Below are positions 49,010 to 57,994 of a DNA stretch of 59,483 nucleotides, piece after piece. Each line of letters starts with the position of its first letter. Position 1 is the stretch's first letter. Made by a program: the position numbers and the translations under genes. The stretch is from an uncultured Bacteroidales bacterium. Lineage in GTDB: Bacteria > Bacteroidota > Bacteroidia > Bacteroidales > UBA7960. The stretch lies in assembly GCA_964589855.1 (NCBI GenBank), contig CAZPVB010000003.1, positions 1-59,483 of the forward strand, given 5' to 3'. A model generated the notes under the pieces. The model was given only the letters and a program-made list of their open reading frames with translations, was not told where the DNA came from and ran no database searches.

Positions 49010-50851
49010 TCAGTTTTTTCTTATGCATCTTACGTTAAATTGATTGAGTTTATCTGAGGTGTTTACATTTCCGTTAGAGAAATTAACACTATAGCCATTT
49101 TCTTCATTTATTTCTGAGGAGCTCCAGAATGTTCCTATACCAAAGTTTCCTATTTCTGAGCGATTTTCCCACATTAGCAATAGTTCATCTCTGGCAGGCA
49201 AATACCAATCGCTAAAACCATGTGCGGTAAGGTCAGAACAAACTTTTGCCGCATATTCTATTCCTGCATTATCTCCCAATTCACTCACAATGTTCTGCGT
49301 ATTTTGCATACCATCGCTTAATGAGGTACTGTTCAGGTCAATAAAAAATCCTCCAAATTGAACAGAAAGAGTATGGTTTTGGTCATTAATTATAAGGTTA
49401 TCACCTTCAAAAGGTATAGAAACCAATCCATTTTCGTCCTCTACTTCAGTAAAATGTGCGGTTGCTGAAACATTATTATCTACAGATACTTCGGTTGTGG
49501 TATTGTAAATATTACTGCCATCTATCACCCATTTACCAAATTCCCATCCGTCATCTGCTGTGACAGTAAGTACAACAGTGGTACCTTCCTCATAATCGTA
49601 TGTTCCGGCAGCGGGGGTGGTGCTTCCGTTGCCTTCAGCAGCGATGGTAAGGGTGTATTGCGCGGGTGTGATAATGATCTCTGTGAAGTGCGCCGTAGCG
49701 TTCACATTATTATTCATTGTTATGCTGGTAGAAGCATCCGGAACATCTTCACCATCTATCACCCATTTATCAAATTCCCATCCGTCATCTGCTGTGGCAG
49801 TAAGATCAACATTGGTTCCTTCCTCATAATCGTACGTTCCGGCAGCGGGGTTTGTGCTTCCGTTGCCTTCTGTTGTGATGGTAAGTGTGTATTGGGTGGG
49901 AGGGATTATGCTCTCTGTGAAATGAGCCGTGGCGTTCACATCATTATTCATTGTTATGCTCGTAGAAGCATCCCAAAAATCTTCACCATCTATCACCCAT
50001 TTATCAAATTCCCATCCGTCATCTGCAGTGGCAGTAAGATCAACAGTGGTTCCTTCCTCATAATCGTACGTTCCGGCAGCGGGGTTTGTGCTTCCGTTGC
50101 CTTCTGTTGTGATGGTAAGGGTGTATTGGATGGGGGGAGGAGGTATGGTGTCGTCAGATTTTATGCATCTTACAGAAAAACCTGCTGCTTTGGGATATGA
50201 TGTAGTGCTAAGACCTTTGTGGGAGTGCAACATAACCATTGCTGTTGCATGGGTTTCGGAAACACTGCCGGAAGTCCAGAAATAAGCATAGTTTCCCATT
50301 TTATGAAAGGAACCATCTGGATTTATGTTTCCGGCAGGCAGCGCTGCAAAACCAAATTGATCTGTTCCAAAGCGATTGTCGTGTTCATCCCAGCGAGGAT
50401 GTGCATCGGCAGGTGTATCCGGGTGGTTGACCTGCCGGCCGGATTTGAGTTGGGTTCCCAGTGTATTGAGATTGCCTTGAGGTGCAATGAGGCTTTCGGA
50501 CTCAATCAACTCTCTCCAGATCGTGGGGGAGGGGATTACCCATCCTGCCGGGCAAAGTTTGTTGGTTTGCACTGCATGCCAGTTGTAGAGTTTTCCATAA
50601 TGTGCTTCAAAGTCTGTAACATCAGGTACCCCATGAGCCCCATCGGTGAGGTTTATCCATGTATCTTCTTCTGTGAAACTTTGAATGGGTGTTCCATCAT
50701 TATACCTGGAGGTTTTCAGGTTTTCTCCCATCCATTCCTGATCATTGATCTCTATAATGGGATATGTATTTCCGTCAATGTCAGTTACGGTTTGTCCACT
50801 GGCGATGGTTGCTATTAACAAATTGATTGCGAGAGTAATGGGGTTTTTCAT
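49010..50851 (-). CDS. Exported protein: Fib_succ_major domain, three InlB-B-like repeats and a DUF1566/Lcl C-terminal domain
   Basis: TDIDGNTY...WMGENL...YGKLYNW...LCPAGW...GFSVRCIK, then three 78-aa repeats, then GFSDWYLPARDEL...FWSSSE...VRCIR. ATG 50851 preferred. Confidence 0.85.
   Translation of the reverse strand: MKNPITLAINLLIATIASGQTVTDIDGNTYPIIEINDQEWMGENLKTSRYNDGTPIQSFTEEDTWINLTDGAHGVPDVTDFEAHYGKLYNWHAVQTNKLCPAGWVIPSPTIWRELIESESLIAPQGNLNTLGTQLKSGRQVNHPDTPADAHPRWDEHDNRFGTDQFGFAALPAGNINPDGSFHKMGNYAYFWTSGSVSETHATAMVMLHSHKGLSTTSYPKAAGFSVRCIKSDDTIPPPPIQYTLTITTEGNGSTNPAAGTYDYEEGTTVDLTATADDGWEFDKWVIDGEDFWDASTSITMNNDVNATAHFTESIIPPTQYTLTITTEGNGSTNPAAGTYDYEEGTNVDLTATADDGWEFDKWVIDGEDVPDASTSITMNNNVNATAHFTEIIITPAQYTLTIAAEGNGSTTPAAGTYDYEEGTTVVLTVTADDGWEFGKWVIDGSNIYNTTTEVSVDNNVSATAHFTEVEDENGLVSIPFEGDNLIINDQNHTLSVQFGGFFIDLNSTSLSDGMQNTQNIVSELGDNAGIEYAAKVCSDLTAHGFSDWYLPARDELLLMWENRSEIGNFGIGTFWSSSEINEENGYSVNFSNGNVNTSDKLNQFNVRCIRKN
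49445..50128 (-). repeat. Three intragenic 234-bp tandem repeats
   Basis: QYTLTI units start at 50128, 49894 and 49660; copies 1 and 2 are nearly identical in DNA. Confidence 0.95.
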
Positions 50852-51084
50852 ATCAAAAGGTATCGGAATTATGATCAATGGTTCTTTTTCTTAGATAATA
50901 CGCAACTAAATTACTTGAAGTTTATAACATATATATACGTGTAATACGGAGTTTTGGAGGGGTTTTTTATGTAAATAAAATACAGAGATTACCCGGCCAC
51001 TGTCGCTTTTGTTCGTCAACCTGTAATAAGAGTGCCTTCCACCCCGGTTGCATTCCTCCGCTGTCTGTCTGATGTATGTTTGTG

Positions 51085-51435
51085 GTTTTGTTTCCCGTGA
51101 GGATTTTTGTTTCACGCAAAGTCGCAAAGACGATAAATGGAACGCGGATGCCACGGATGCTTTCAGCAATCGCGGATGATCACGGATTTTTTTTATCAGT
51201 GATTATCCGAAAAATCAGCGTCATCAGCGTTCTAATGTTTTTGTTTTCCGGGATGATTTTCGTTTCACGCAAAGTCGCAAAGACGATAAATGGAACGCGG
51301 ATTTCACGGATGCTTTCAGCAGTCGCGGATGATCACGGATAATTTTTATCAGTGATTATCCGAAAAATCAGCGTCATCAGTGTTCTAATGTTTTTGTTTT
51401 CCGGGAGGATTTTTGTTTCACGCAAAGTCGCAAAG
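51085..51435. repeat. 153-bp palindromic tandem repeat (~2.3 copies)
   Basis: CACGCAAAGTCGCAAAG at 51113, 51266 and 51419; each unit contains nested imperfect inverted repeats. Confidence 0.92.
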
Positions 51436-51538
51436 TTGATTCCAGGAGTAGCGTACTGCAAAATTAAACTTCATCGCCACGGGTTAAAGACAGAACAGGT
51501 CTGTTGCGCCCTGCAAAGATAAAGAGCTGTCAGTACTA

Positions 51539-52567
51539 TCAATAAGCGCTCTGAAACTGTTTGAGGAAACGTAGGTCGTTTTCAAAATAAAGGCGCAGAT
51601 CGTTCACCAGGTATTTGAGCATGGTAATTCTTTCAATGCCCATACCAAAAGCATAACCGGAGTAAATTTGATGATCGATGTTGCAATTTTGCAGTACATT
51701 GGGATCAACCATCCCACAACCCATAATTTCCACCCAACCGGTTCCTTTGCAAATGTTGCATCCTTTGCCTTTGCAAAAAGGACATGAAACATCTACTTCG
51801 GCACTGGGTTCAGTAAAGGGAAAATAAGAAGGGCGCAGTCGAATGGAGGCATCTGCCCCGAAAAACTCCCTGGCAAAATGGTTGAGCACATGCTTAAGAT
51901 CAGCAAAAGAAACTCCTTTGTCGATATACAGTCCTTCTACCTGATGAAAAATACAGTGTGCACGTGCAGAAATGGCTTCATTTCGAAAAACCCTGCCCGG
52001 CGATATGGTTCTGACAGGAGGTTGTTGTTTGCTCATAACCCTTACCTGCACGGAGGAGGTGTGGGTGCGCAGGGCAATATCAGGATTTTTTTCCACAAAA
52101 AAAGTATCTTGCATGTCGCGCGCCGGATGATCTTCTGTAAAGTTGAGTGCAGAAAAGTTGTGCCAGTCATCCTCAATTTCGGGGCCGTCGGAGATAACAA
52201 ATCCAATTTTCTCAAAAATCTCATTGATCTGGTTTCTTACCACTGATATTGGGTGCCGGCTGCCTGATTCAAGAAAATTAACCGGTAAAGTTAAATCATG
52301 ATATTTTTGATTGCCGCCTTTACTTGTTGCTTCTTCTGCCTTTTCTTTCAGTGAATTGATTTTTTCAACGGCTTTGTTTTTCAGTACATTTATTTTTTGC
52401 CCAACCTCTTTTTTTTTCTCAGAGGGTAATTCTTTAAATTCCTGAAACAATTGGCTGATCTTTCCTTTTTTAGAGATCATTTTTATTCGAAAATCCTCAA
52501 TATCCTGAAGTTTTTCTGATTGGAAAGATTCCACCTCGTTTATCAGTTCTTCTATTTTGTCATTCAT
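51539..52567 (-). CDS. pheS: Phenylalanine--tRNA ligase alpha subunit
   Basis: HPARDMQDTFF, LRTHTSSVQ, FHQVEGL, YFPFTEPS and GYAFGMGIER. Confidence 0.98.
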   Translation of the reverse strand: MNDKIEELINEVESFQSEKLQDIEDFRIKMISKKGKISQLFQEFKELPSEKKKEVGQKINVLKNKAVEKINSLKEKAEEATSKGGNQKYHDLTLPVNFLESGSRHPISVVRNQINEIFEKIGFVISDGPEIEDDWHNFSALNFTEDHPARDMQDTFFVEKNPDIALRTHTSSVQVRVMSKQQPPVRTISPGRVFRNEAISARAHCIFHQVEGLYIDKGVSFADLKHVLNHFAREFFGADASIRLRPSYFPFTEPSAEVDVSCPFCKGKGCNICKGTGWVEIMGCGMVDPNVLQNCNIDHQIYSGYAFGMGIERITMLKYLVNDLRLYFENDLRFLKQFQSAY

Positions 52568-52591
52568 TGCAAGAATTATTTTAGGGTTCTA

Positions 52592-53302
52592 TTATTCAAC
52601 TGTTTTCATCTCAACGATCACCACATCCTCAAGGGGTCTGTTATTTCCGTCGGTTTCCACGGCAGCAATTTCCTCTATTATATTCATACCGCTTATCACC
52701 TTTCCAAAAACAGTATATCCTCCATCCAGATGGGGAGTACCACCAACTGTAGTATAGATTTCTCTTTGTTTGGCAGAAAGTTTTTTTCCCATCCTTTGCT
52801 CAAATGTATCAAGTTCTTCATTTGTATAGGTTTGTCCCTGCACAATATAGAATTGCGATCCGGAAGATTCCTTTTCAGGATTGATCTGATCGCCCAGTCG
52901 TGCTGCTGACAGTGCACCTTTTTCATGTAAAAGTGTCTCATTGAATTCGGCGGGAATGGTATATCCCGGGCCGCCATTTCCAAGCATCTGACCGGGTGCT
53001 GCGTTTTTCGATTCAGGGTCTCCACCTTGTATCATAAACTGGGTGATCACTCTGTGAAAAAGCAACCCGTTGTAAAAACCCTCTTCAACGAGTTTCAAAA
53101 AATTATCACGGTGCAGGGGTGTTTCGTTGTATAATTCTACGATCATCTCACCATGGTTGGTATCGATTGATACTTTTTTTCTTTCTTCCTCAAAATCTTC
53201 TGTAATGGTGAAAGATTCCTGATCTTGTTTTCCGGAGTTTCCGCTCGAACAGGATGATATGCCTGCAATTACTACCATCAATGATACAAAATAATTTCTC
53301 AT
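52592..53302 (-). CDS. Cyclophilin-type peptidyl-prolyl isomerase, predicted lipoprotein
   Basis: Lipobox ISSC; TPLHRDNF, FHRVI..FMIQGGDP, SSGSQFYIV and GGTPHLDGGYTVFG. Confidence 0.93.
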   Translation of the reverse strand: MRNYFVSLMVVIAGISSCSSGNSGKQDQESFTITEDFEEERKKVSIDTNHGEMIVELYNETPLHRDNFLKLVEEGFYNGLLFHRVITQFMIQGGDPESKNAAPGQMLGNGGPGYTIPAEFNETLLHEKGALSAARLGDQINPEKESSGSQFYIVQGQTYTNEELDTFEQRMGKKLSAKQREIYTTVGGTPHLDGGYTVFGKVISGMNIIEEIAAVETDGNNRPLEDVVIVEMKTVE

Positions 53303-53691
53303 TTTTATTTTTTTTAATTCCACCTGTTTGTAATCTTTATCGTGTTGTTATTTCATTCGCTTTAGATTCTTTTCCAATAAACCGAAGAACTGGGCGAAGG
53401 ATGCACAAAAATCTATAAAAACAGCACATATGGACTTTATCCAACCTGTTTTAAACCAAATTGCTTATAGATTAATTTTCTGCGAAATTATTGATTTAAT
53501 GGAATATATTGTGCAAAAACTTATAAATTGTTCCTTTTTTTACGATTTTTATCGCTGTTTTTGCCCTCCTGTGGGGATGAGAAACTGGTGATTTCTGGTT
53601 TTTTTTGCAAGTCTATGAACAATGTAATCCTGAATTCTTTGTTGGTTTAAATCCAGGGAGAGATGTTCGTACTTTTGCGGGGTGTTGATGT

Positions 53692-55320
53692 TCAGATATA
53701 TTTGTTGTTCTTGCTTTCGAAAGGTTGGTAAACAAAATTGAAAAACAGGAAAAAATACAGAAAGAATGTAAGACCTGCCTGGTTTTCCAGGGTATCTTCA
53801 TTGAGCATAGATACAAAGGATATGACTAAAAAAACTGCATGTGGCAGGATATGGATTTTTTTTCTTTTTTTGAGAACATAAAAAAGAATGTAAATAATGA
53901 CACTTAAACCTATGATTCCAAAGTTGATTGCAAAAGTAAGGAACTGGTTATGAGGTTTATTCCATTGTTCTTTGGGCAAAACAGAATCTGTTTTTTTAAA
54001 TCCGTAGTGTTGTGCAATTACCAGATCTCCTGTGCCCCATCCGAATAGAGGTTTTGCTTTTATAGCCGACCAGGATGCTTTCCAGAATTCAATCCTTTTT
54101 GCCAGGCTATGCTCTGAAGAATCATAACCGTTTTGGTATTTATATATCTCCCAAACGGACTGATGGATTCTTGATATGATGCCCGGCCATTTTGCATAAT
54201 AGTGGTTAGCTATACCCTTTTCGATGGCTTCTATGTCTTCATCAGTAAGTTTTTCCATACCTTCTTTGTCTTTTTTCAGACCGAGCGAGGTCATATACCG
54301 GTAAATCGTGTACCTTAATATTTGTCCATTCAGGTCTTTTCCGTCAAAATCCAGATCACTTCTTTCGTTCCATGCCTCCTTTAGCTCATTGCGCGAAATA
54401 TACAAATATACCAGGGATCCGTTTTCGGTAAGTTTTTCTGATAGATTGTGTGTGTATGGATTGCCTGAGGATGTATGGGTAGGCAGATTGGTAAGGTCAG
54501 TTTTGTCTTTTTCATAGATCATGGTTTGAAATTTTATGATCATGAAAAGCAGAGAACCCACAAATAAAAACAAGAGCGTAATAAATATAAAAGATAGTGC
54601 TCTGTTTTTCTTTTGAAAGATAAACACAACTGATAGAAAAAAAACTACAGCGCCAAGGGCTGCCAACCCTGTTAAAACCTGCATTTTTAATACAAAAAAC
54701 AACATCCACGCACTTGAGATATAAAACAAACTCTTGATGAGATAGTATTTCACAGCGTTTTTTGTGAATGATTTTGGAAAAGGATATTTTTCCGCCATCC
54801 AAATAAAGATAAAAATGGAAAATACGATCATCAGGCTCAACCGGATATGAGAAATGAATGGTGACAACTCGCGCAGATTGGTGCTCGCTTCATGATCAAA
54901 CAATACCCAGCCTATAAAGGTACTAACCAACACCGAAGTTCCGAAAAGTAAAAGTAAGATATTTGATTTTAAGGCATTGAATCCCAGTGGTGCACTTACG
55001 ATAAGAAAAGTGAGGGTTAGAAACGGGATTTTTTTCCTTAATTCCCTGATCCCATGGTCGATATCTGTACTCCAGAGCATGCCTGTGAGATATAATAAAA
55101 AGATAAGGCAAAAAACCACTGCAGTTTTTTGTTTCCAGAAATAAATCACTTTGTCTTTATATTTTCCTTCAATGATCCAGTTGCCTGCCAGTACAAATTG
55201 TCCTACACTAATAAAATATACAGAGGTAGGCAAACTGATGGCGATCATAACCATGCCAATAAGGTAAAAACCGTAGTGTATTTTTTGCGGAAACAGGGAG
55301 GGTGGATTTATAACAGACAT
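53692..55320 (-). CDS. O-antigen ligase (Wzy_C) family membrane protein
   Basis: Multi-pass membrane protein; SLAKRIEFWK, KPLFGWGTG and PHNQFL...GIIG. Confidence 0.8.
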   Translation of the reverse strand: MSVINPPSLFPQKIHYGFYLIGMVMIAISLPTSVYFISVGQFVLAGNWIIEGKYKDKVIYFWKQKTAVVFCLIFLLYLTGMLWSTDIDHGIRELRKKIPFLTLTFLIVSAPLGFNALKSNILLLLFGTSVLVSTFIGWVLFDHEASTNLRELSPFISHIRLSLMIVFSIFIFIWMAEKYPFPKSFTKNAVKYYLIKSLFYISSAWMLFFVLKMQVLTGLAALGAVVFFLSVVFIFQKKNRALSFIFITLLFLFVGSLLFMIIKFQTMIYEKDKTDLTNLPTHTSSGNPYTHNLSEKLTENGSLVYLYISRNELKEAWNERSDLDFDGKDLNGQILRYTIYRYMTSLGLKKDKEGMEKLTDEDIEAIEKGIANHYYAKWPGIISRIHQSVWEIYKYQNGYDSSEHSLAKRIEFWKASWSAIKAKPLFGWGTGDLVIAQHYGFKKTDSVLPKEQWNKPHNQFLTFAINFGIIGLSVIIYILFYVLKKRKKIHILPHAVFLVISFVSMLNEDTLENQAGLTFFLYFFLFFNFVYQPFESKNNKYI

Positions 55321-55351
55321 TGAATCCGGTTATTATTTAGTTTAAAATGAA

Positions 55352-56506
55352 TTATCTCTGTATTTTAAAACGTTCACCAATCGCTAATAGTGTGAGACGG
55401 CCGTTTTCATCATTTTCTTTATTAATTGTGAGAGAGGTACCTGTAATATTGCTGATGCCCGATATCCCGGCTCCGGCAATATCCCAGAAAGAGAGTTTGT
55501 TTTCTCTGATATTTTGTTCTAGTTTTTCTACGTTTAAACCGGTTTTTTGTTCCAGGGTATTGAATGCAGCATTGGCCAATACGTTGTTTGTCAAAATTCC
55601 GGATGACTGCGTACCGGTATTTGGCATGATTGATTGCATATTTTCTTCGGGGTCGTTGAAAGGGTCATTATTATTGGCAAAACTAAGCCAGTAAAATTCC
55701 GTTTTGGGTTCGATATATTCAGGATAGTTTTTATTGGTGAGGGATTGAATGCGTTTGGGTTCAAGGGATGAAATTCTGATAGACACAGGTATTGTATTGG
55801 TGGATACAGTGGTTTGTTTCCTCGGTTGAGGTTGGACGTTTTTCTTAGGTGTGTTGTTTAAAAGGACAGAATCTTTTTTAATGGGTTCTGTTTTCTCCTC
55901 ATTAATTTTTTCGGTTTCTTTTGGCAAGATGTTTTCATTGCTTTTATCTTCTTTTATTTCGGAGTTTTCTACCGTTTCATGGGTAGCTATTTCGGGTGAA
56001 TTGTCAAATTTCGGAAATAAAAAGTACATTCCCATTAAAAGGGCTACTGTTGCGGCTGCCACTGCAAAATTTGAAAGGTTGTTATTCCATGCAGGGCTGA
56101 TAATAAATTTTTTCAGAGAAGATTTTCCAGGGAAAATGATCTGCTCGTCAGCATGTATTTTTGTCTTCTTATATGTTTCAAAATCTTTCTTTTTGTTTTG
56201 ATTGTTTTGAAGGCTTTTGAGAAATGTAGCTTTATCTGTTTCATTCAAATCATCTTCCAGGGCGGCTATCAGTTCAGAATCGTAATTGCTGAGTGTATGG
56301 TCTGATGTTTTTTTTAAGATATGTTTTGCATCAAACTCAGTAGATGAATCTTTTTCAATGGTGATCAATTCAAAACCATCAAGTTCTTTTTTTAAATCCG
56401 GATTTACCACAAGAAATGCCTCAAGTGCTTCTTTTTGTTTAGCACTGAGATTTCCTTCGTGATAGTCGAGGAAAAAGGCTTCGTAATTTTCTCGTGTAAT
56501 TTTCAT
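55352..56506 (-). CDS. Putative membrane-anchored anti-sigma factor
   Basis: N-terminal YEAFFLDYHEGNLS anti-sigma-like helix, apparently duplicated (LIAALEDDLNE); single TM AVAAATVALLMGMYFLF; directly downstream of the ECF sigma. Confidence 0.7.
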   Translation of the reverse strand: MKITRENYEAFFLDYHEGNLSAKQKEALEAFLVVNPDLKKELDGFELITIEKDSSTEFDAKHILKKTSDHTLSNYDSELIAALEDDLNETDKATFLKSLQNNQNKKKDFETYKKTKIHADEQIIFPGKSSLKKFIISPAWNNNLSNFAVAAATVALLMGMYFLFPKFDNSPEIATHETVENSEIKEDKSNENILPKETEKINEEKTEPIKKDSVLLNNTPKKNVQPQPRKQTTVSTNTIPVSIRISSLEPKRIQSLTNKNYPEYIEPKTEFYWLSFANNNDPFNDPEENMQSIMPNTGTQSSGILTNNVLANAAFNTLEQKTGLNVEKLEQNIRENKLSFWDIAGAGISGISNITGTSLTINKENDENGRLTLLAIGERFKIQR

Positions 56507-56595
56507 TATCTTGTTTATTTGGTATTGGCACTTCGTGTTTTTATAAAAATGGTATCAGCAGTATTGACCATTCAGGGTTTTGTTTTTTTATACAT

Positions 56596-56622
56596 GACGT
56601 ATTGGGTTTGATAAAAGTTACA
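56596..56622 (-). promoter_or_regulatory. ECF sigma promoter TGTAAC-N17-CGTC
   Basis: Minus strand TGTAACTTTTATCAAACCCAATACGTC begins immediately after the sigma stop codon. Confidence 0.7.
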
Positions 56623-57108
56623 TCATACAACAGCATCCATGCTGCCGATATATTTTTTGAGATAATTGCGTGCACGATAAATATATACTTTTACCTGTGA
56701 TTCGTTCAACCCGGTAATTTCTCCGATTTCCTGGTAGGAGTATCCTTCATAATCGCGAAGTAAAATCACATGTTTTTGAATATCGGGAAGTTTCTCCAGG
56801 GCAAATTGAAGTACCTCTTTCAGATCAGAATAATTGTTATGGGTTGGTTGATCGCTGAAATCATCATCATTGAGGTCGGTTTGTTTGCGGTTTTTCCGGA
56901 TGGCATCTATCATTGTATGGTAAGCAGTGGTAAAAAGGTATGATTTTGCTTTGGTTGTTTCTATTTCTGCTTTCTTATTCCACATTTTTTCAAAACTATC
57001 CTGTACCACATCCTTTGCTTTATACTCATCTTTCATATTTTTGAGTATGAAGCGGTAAACACCATCGGCATATTGATCTACGCAGTGATTGTAATCCTCT
57101 GTTGTCAT
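56623..57108 (-). CDS. ECF (sigma-70 group 4) RNA polymerase sigma factor
   Basis: AKDVVQDSF (region 2) and LLRDYEGYSYQEIGEITGLNESQVKVYIYRAR (region 4). ATG 57108 preferred because the longer ORF overlaps the promoter. Confidence 0.94.
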   Translation of the reverse strand: MTTEDYNHCVDQYADGVYRFILKNMKDEYKAKDVVQDSFEKMWNKKAEIETTKAKSYLFTTAYHTMIDAIRKNRKQTDLNDDDFSDQPTHNNYSDLKEVLQFALEKLPDIQKHVILLRDYEGYSYQEIGEITGLNESQVKVYIYRARNYLKKYIGSMDAVV

Positions 57109-57156
57109 TGCATTATATCGCTTTTGTTGTTTTCGTTCGTTGTTGCTTGAGCATAA

Positions 57157-57183
57157 GACGAAGTTGACAACCGGAAAGTTACA
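57157..57183 (-). promoter_or_regulatory. Autoregulatory ECF promoter TGTAAC-N17-CGTC
   Basis: Minus strand TGTAACTTTCCGGTTGTCAACTTCGTC, 48 nt upstream of the sigma ATG. Confidence 0.8.
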
Positions 57184-57322
57184 AATAAAATAAAATACAT
57201 CCAACCTGTTTTGCAAGTTTCTGAATCACAGTTGAACAGGATTATAGTTTGATGAGATCATATTCCTGGATGAAAACCGGTAAAAGAGAGAAGGCGATAA
57301 TCTGACAGGGGGGGGTTGGAAA

Positions 57323-57931
57323 TTAAAATTCTTTCCATTTGAATGACTCCATCATAACCGTAATATCTTCTTTTAGAAAATCAATGACAGGTGCAAGAGA
57401 ATCATTGTTCGGTGTGGTATTAAAATAAAGGCTGGCCCTTAGGAAATGCTTTGTGCTGTCGGTAATAAAGAATTGCATGGGTGAGGCAGCTTCCTTACCC
57501 TGGATATCGAAAAGCGTTCCGTATACGTTTTTTTCATCATCCACATAGTTTCTTTCCTGGAAGCTTGTTGCTTTGGGTATGTGTTTGTTAACGAAATTTC
57601 TTCCGTCTTCCAGGTATTCCAATAGATCTTCGGGAGTCTCAATATTTTTATAACTAATGTGCACAGCGGCATCAAAGTCATTGAAAACCAAATTTATCCA
57701 GAATGGTTCTGCTGAAGGATGTGCATCGCTTATAACTTTCCCATAGACCGGATAATCAAATGCGTAAGGGAATATTGTGTCAAAAGACCGGTATTCTTTT
57801 TCGGGCAGTGCTATTCTAACGTATCCTTTTGGTAAGGGTGCAGAGTTATGATGATCACAACTAATAAAAGTGACCAGAAAAAGGGCGGCAAAAATAATGA
57901 GAACGGGTTTGAATATCTGGTTTCTGAGCAT
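57323..57931 (-). CDS. gldD: Gliding motility lipoprotein GldD
   Basis: Lipobox FISC; PLPKGYVRI, AASPMQFFITDSTKHFLRASLYF and NNDSLAPV; downstream of gldE. Confidence 0.92.
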   Translation of the reverse strand: MLRNQIFKPVLIIFAALFLVTFISCDHHNSAPLPKGYVRIALPEKEYRSFDTIFPYAFDYPVYGKVISDAHPSAEPFWINLVFNDFDAAVHISYKNIETPEDLLEYLEDGRNFVNKHIPKATSFQERNYVDDEKNVYGTLFDIQGKEAASPMQFFITDSTKHFLRASLYFNTTPNNDSLAPVIDFLKEDITVMMESFKWKEF

Positions 57932-57994
57932 GGTTCTGTTTATGAGGATTCGTTGAAGAATTGCCATTGAAAGGAATACGAAAAATAAAAGGAT

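Noticed and set aside
50985..51070. GC-rich leader segment as a riboswitch (e.g. c-di-GMP)
   Set aside because: Only fragmentary resemblance (TGCAACCGG); I could not build the consensus helices. An Rfam cmscan would settle it.
51076..51342. ORFs across the 153-bp repeat (51076-51342 + and 50906-51169 -)
   Set aside because: They are translations of a palindromic repeat whose period happens to be a multiple of three; no protein features.
51085..51435. CRISPR array
   Set aside because: Whole units repeat with no unique spacers, the period is too long, and there are no cas genes.
49010..51540. Complete diversity-generating retroelement
   Set aside because: No reverse transcriptase, Avd or adenine-variant template repeat is seen in the window; only target-like domains are present.
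51539..52567. pheS without adjacent pheT, and its CxxC-CxxC insert
   Set aside because: Both are common in Bacteroidota.
57109..57216. 36-aa N-terminal extension of the ECF sigma in the ORF track
   Set aside because: It overlaps the predicted autoregulatory promoter; ATG 57108 gives a normal-length ECF sigma.
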